Shown here piece by piece: positions 61,229 through 64,000 of a DNA stretch of 64,000 bases; the stretch's first letter is position 1; each line of letters starts with the position of its first letter. The translations under genes were made by a program, and so were the position numbers. The stretch comes from Adineta vaga. Taxonomy: Eukaryota > Animalia > Rotifera. The notes under the pieces were generated by a model. The model saw nothing but the letters and a program-made list of their open reading frames with translations, was not told where the DNA came from and searched no databases. Location of the stretch: contig CP075492.1 of assembly GCA_021613535.1 (NCBI GenBank), forward strand, positions 18,042,001 through 18,106,000, written 5' to 3'.

Positions 61229-63243
61229 TTAAGCCATTTGAATATCAAATTGTTGGACTCGATGATTATAAGAGTCTGCTACAAGGAGATTACCATCACT
61301 ATCGAATGCCAAACCTTCTGGACCGTTCAATAGTTTTACAGAGTTTCCTAAACCGTATGAATTACCAATAATAACATCTCCATGTGACGCACCATTGTAC
61401 CATCGCATCACTCGATTATTCCAATGGTCGGCTACATAGACTGTACCGAGCAGATCGATGACCACCCCTGCAGGACAGTTCAATTGTGAAAGATCATTTC
61501 CCATGTCATTGTTGCCAGCTACGACAATACCTTCTTTCATATCTTTCTCCCATTTCATTACACGATCGTTCCAAGAATCTGACACATACACAGACTGATC
61601 TCGATCAACAAAAATGTATGTCGGATGATTGAGTTGATTCAGATGATTACCTTGTCCATTGCCACCGGCGACTACATTTCCTTCTCTATCACCTTTTTGA
61701 TATTGTCTCACTTCATGCCTTTTTGTATCTGAAATGTAGAGTGATCCTTCTGCATCCATAGCCAATCCACGACATTTGATATTGTCTTTGATTATCTGTA
61801 GATCAGTAGTGCTTCTTCTAGGAGACCATCGTAACACTCGTCGATTCTTAGGATCGGAAATAATAAAATGTTTTGATTCCATGTCACAAATCACATTTGA
61901 AGGTTCATACAATTGATCATATTTATATCCATTTCGATTTTTATCAACTAATATTTGCCAGCTTTTTGTACTTCGATTTAATAGCATAATACGATGATTC
62001 AAACTATCAGCAATGAATATAGTTTGATTATCGCGACTCACACAAAGACCTTGAGGACAATGAAGTTTATTCGTTGTAGAATCATGATCATTACCACCGA
62101 CAATAGTAAGAGCGGTAGATTTCCATTTCGCATTGTGTGCAATATTGGGTATCACTACAAGACAAATTTATTTGATATGTTAAACAGTTTGACAGAGCTT
62201 AACATGAATTTGAAATTCAATTAATGAAGACAGTCATATTGGAGAATACGATTGCTATACGTAGGTAAAATGGTGCGATTTACAAACTGTTTGAACAGAT
62301 TTGTCTTTTTTTAAGTATTACTCTAATATGCTCTGGTAGTTAATCGAAAAGATTGAACTTATAATAAAAAACAATCACAACAGGTTCACTTATGGAAAGA
62401 TATAACCTAATTTTCTCACCTATCGAATATACAAATAATCAGACTTACTAATACTACTATTTGTATTTATCATCACTTTGTTGAAGTAGACTGGCTCATG
62501 TTGCCGTATTCCATTTATAGTTAACGGCTCCTGCGTCTGATTGCTTTGTGTTAACACATCGTTCGTTATGAGTTGGAAAAGATCTCGAATATCGATATTT
62601 TCTTTAGCGATATGTTTTAGCAATTTTTTACTAAACAAGTCATCACGAGATGTTTTATTAGCAGCACAAGATAACTGGATCAATGTTCCGTCAATTGGTT
62701 GAATTTCATGTAGACCTCTACCTCCATATACACCTAAAGAAAAACAAACATTGTCTTACAAAGTCATTAACGATATTACTTACCACGTGATTCTAATGTG
62801 CCGATTCGCCAATATGGTCTACAACAATCCAAAATACATACAGTTATGTGCGATGAAGGTTTCTCTACTAGACGATCGAATATTCTGTCAAAGTTACAGC
62901 CGATGTCTTGAACATCTGTATCAGTGTATATTCTATCATCATAAATAGGTATTAAATAATTTTGGTTGTTGACTTGGTTGGCATGACCAGAATAGTAGAA
63001 CAAAACTAAGTCACCATCTTTGATGTTTTCAGCGAATCTTTTCACATTTTCAAATACTTCTTCGGTCGTACGCACATCAATGTATAGTGTAATCTTAAAA
63101 TCGATTCTTTTGAGAATAGTTGACAGCTCTATAGCATTGATGATAGACTGACTTAGTTGATTGTTTGGTCGACGGTAATTTCCATTACCAATAATCAATG
63201 CTAACTTTTGATAATTAGATGAACTCTTTGCAGAACTTTCCAT
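61229..63243 (-). CDS. Caspase-like (peptidase C14) domain fused to NHL repeats (exons 63243-62784, 62733-62449, 62154-61229)
   Basis: KLALIIGNGNY, FYYSGHA...NYLIP and ILDCCR (His/Cys dyad), GTLIQLSC, then NHL repeats. Both phase-1 introns keep the frame. Confidence 0.82.
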
Positions 63244-63332
63244 AGTAAATCTATATCTGTAATAGTATATAAAACAATCTTTCGCAGGTTTTTGAATAAA
63301 AAAAGGAAGAAAACTAATTTGGTTTTGGAAAA

Positions 63333-63510
63333 TGATGTTATGGGAGAATTTGCGAGAGATGTCGAGAACGACGCGAATGATGAATTTAATGAAGTTGATC
63401 GTTACCTTCAAACAAAATAAATCATTAAAATAGTGGAATAAACACTCCCTAATATTTGCACGACTTGCTGTGGAGTTCCAGCAAATTCGGCTAGACAGAT
63501 TTTAGAAAAA
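63333..63510 (+). mobile_element. hAT transposase C-terminal dimerisation-domain remnant
   Basis: EFNEVDRYL...LK*WNKHSLIFARLA...VPA..RQILEK across frameshifts. Confidence 0.55.
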
Positions 63511-64000
63511 CCAAATGTTGTAGGTTTGTCGATGATAAGTGATATTGTTTTTGTTTATTTATTTACTCTATAATTTGAAACAGAGTGAATGAAATTGTAT
63601 AAAACATTGATATGAATCAGTGATTGATATCATTATCTGATTAGTTAATCTGGGTATTTCGCATATTTCAGTAAGTTACAAATATCTATTTTTCTACATT
63701 AAAAAGGCATACTTCATCGTTTCTAGTGACATTTTGGATTGATAAACGATCAGATGATTTCAAAAAATGATGTCTAAAAATTTTTTTTATCTTCTAAATG
63801 GAACAAAAACATACATTTAATCAGATTGTTTTCATAGATAGCTTAGAATATTTGTTCACAATGGAATGTAATAAAGTTTTTAATAAGCCACAAAGGTGAG
63901 AACATTTCAAGAAACTGTATACATTTGTAGAAAGAAAAAAATATTTCTTACAAAGAGATGATTATAAATTTGTGTTCGATTCAATCTGATTGTTTAGTCG

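Noticed and set aside
63244-63411. N-terminal extension of the caspase-like ORF
   Set aside because: Low-complexity sequence that overlaps an opposite-strand hAT remnant; the ATG at 63243 is the more plausible start.
1-64000. Bacterial origin of the contig; rRNA or tRNA genes
   Set aside because: Spliceosomal introns, GPCRs and Tc1/hAT elements show a metazoan genome. No rRNA or tRNA sequence was recognised.

Overview
AT-rich (roughly 30% GC by eye) eukaryotic genomic DNA with short GT-AG introns of about 50-70 nt. The gene-family mix strongly suggests a bdelloid rotifer (Adineta/Rotaria-like): LDLa/EGF-7TM receptors, FG-GAP propellers, NHL repeats, ART-TPR proteins, and bacterial-type enzymes carrying introns. 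The window holds about 16 apparently intact genes: a UGT, two GPCRs, an LDLa-EGF-GPCR, three FG-GAP proteins, an orphan secreted protein, an M48 peptidase, an sPLA2-like protein, an F-box/ankyrin protein, a B-box-NHL protein, an APH-like kinase, an amidated-peptide precursor, an ART-TPR protein and a caspase-like-NHL protein. It also holds about 10 pseudogenes or gene fragments and several DNA-transposon remnants (Tc1, a MULE/Foldback-like element, hAT MITEs). The most striking unexplained structure is a family of about 25 short hairpins with consensus ATCTTGAGGG(TGTGGG)n-[variable loop]-(CCCACA)nCCCTCAAGAT. Their arms are built from the bdelloid telomeric repeat. They punctuate most intergenic intervals, share loop sequences in subfamilies, and repeatedly sit exactly at the truncation or deletion breakpoints of gene fragments. 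All calls come from manual reading; no database search or alignment was run.
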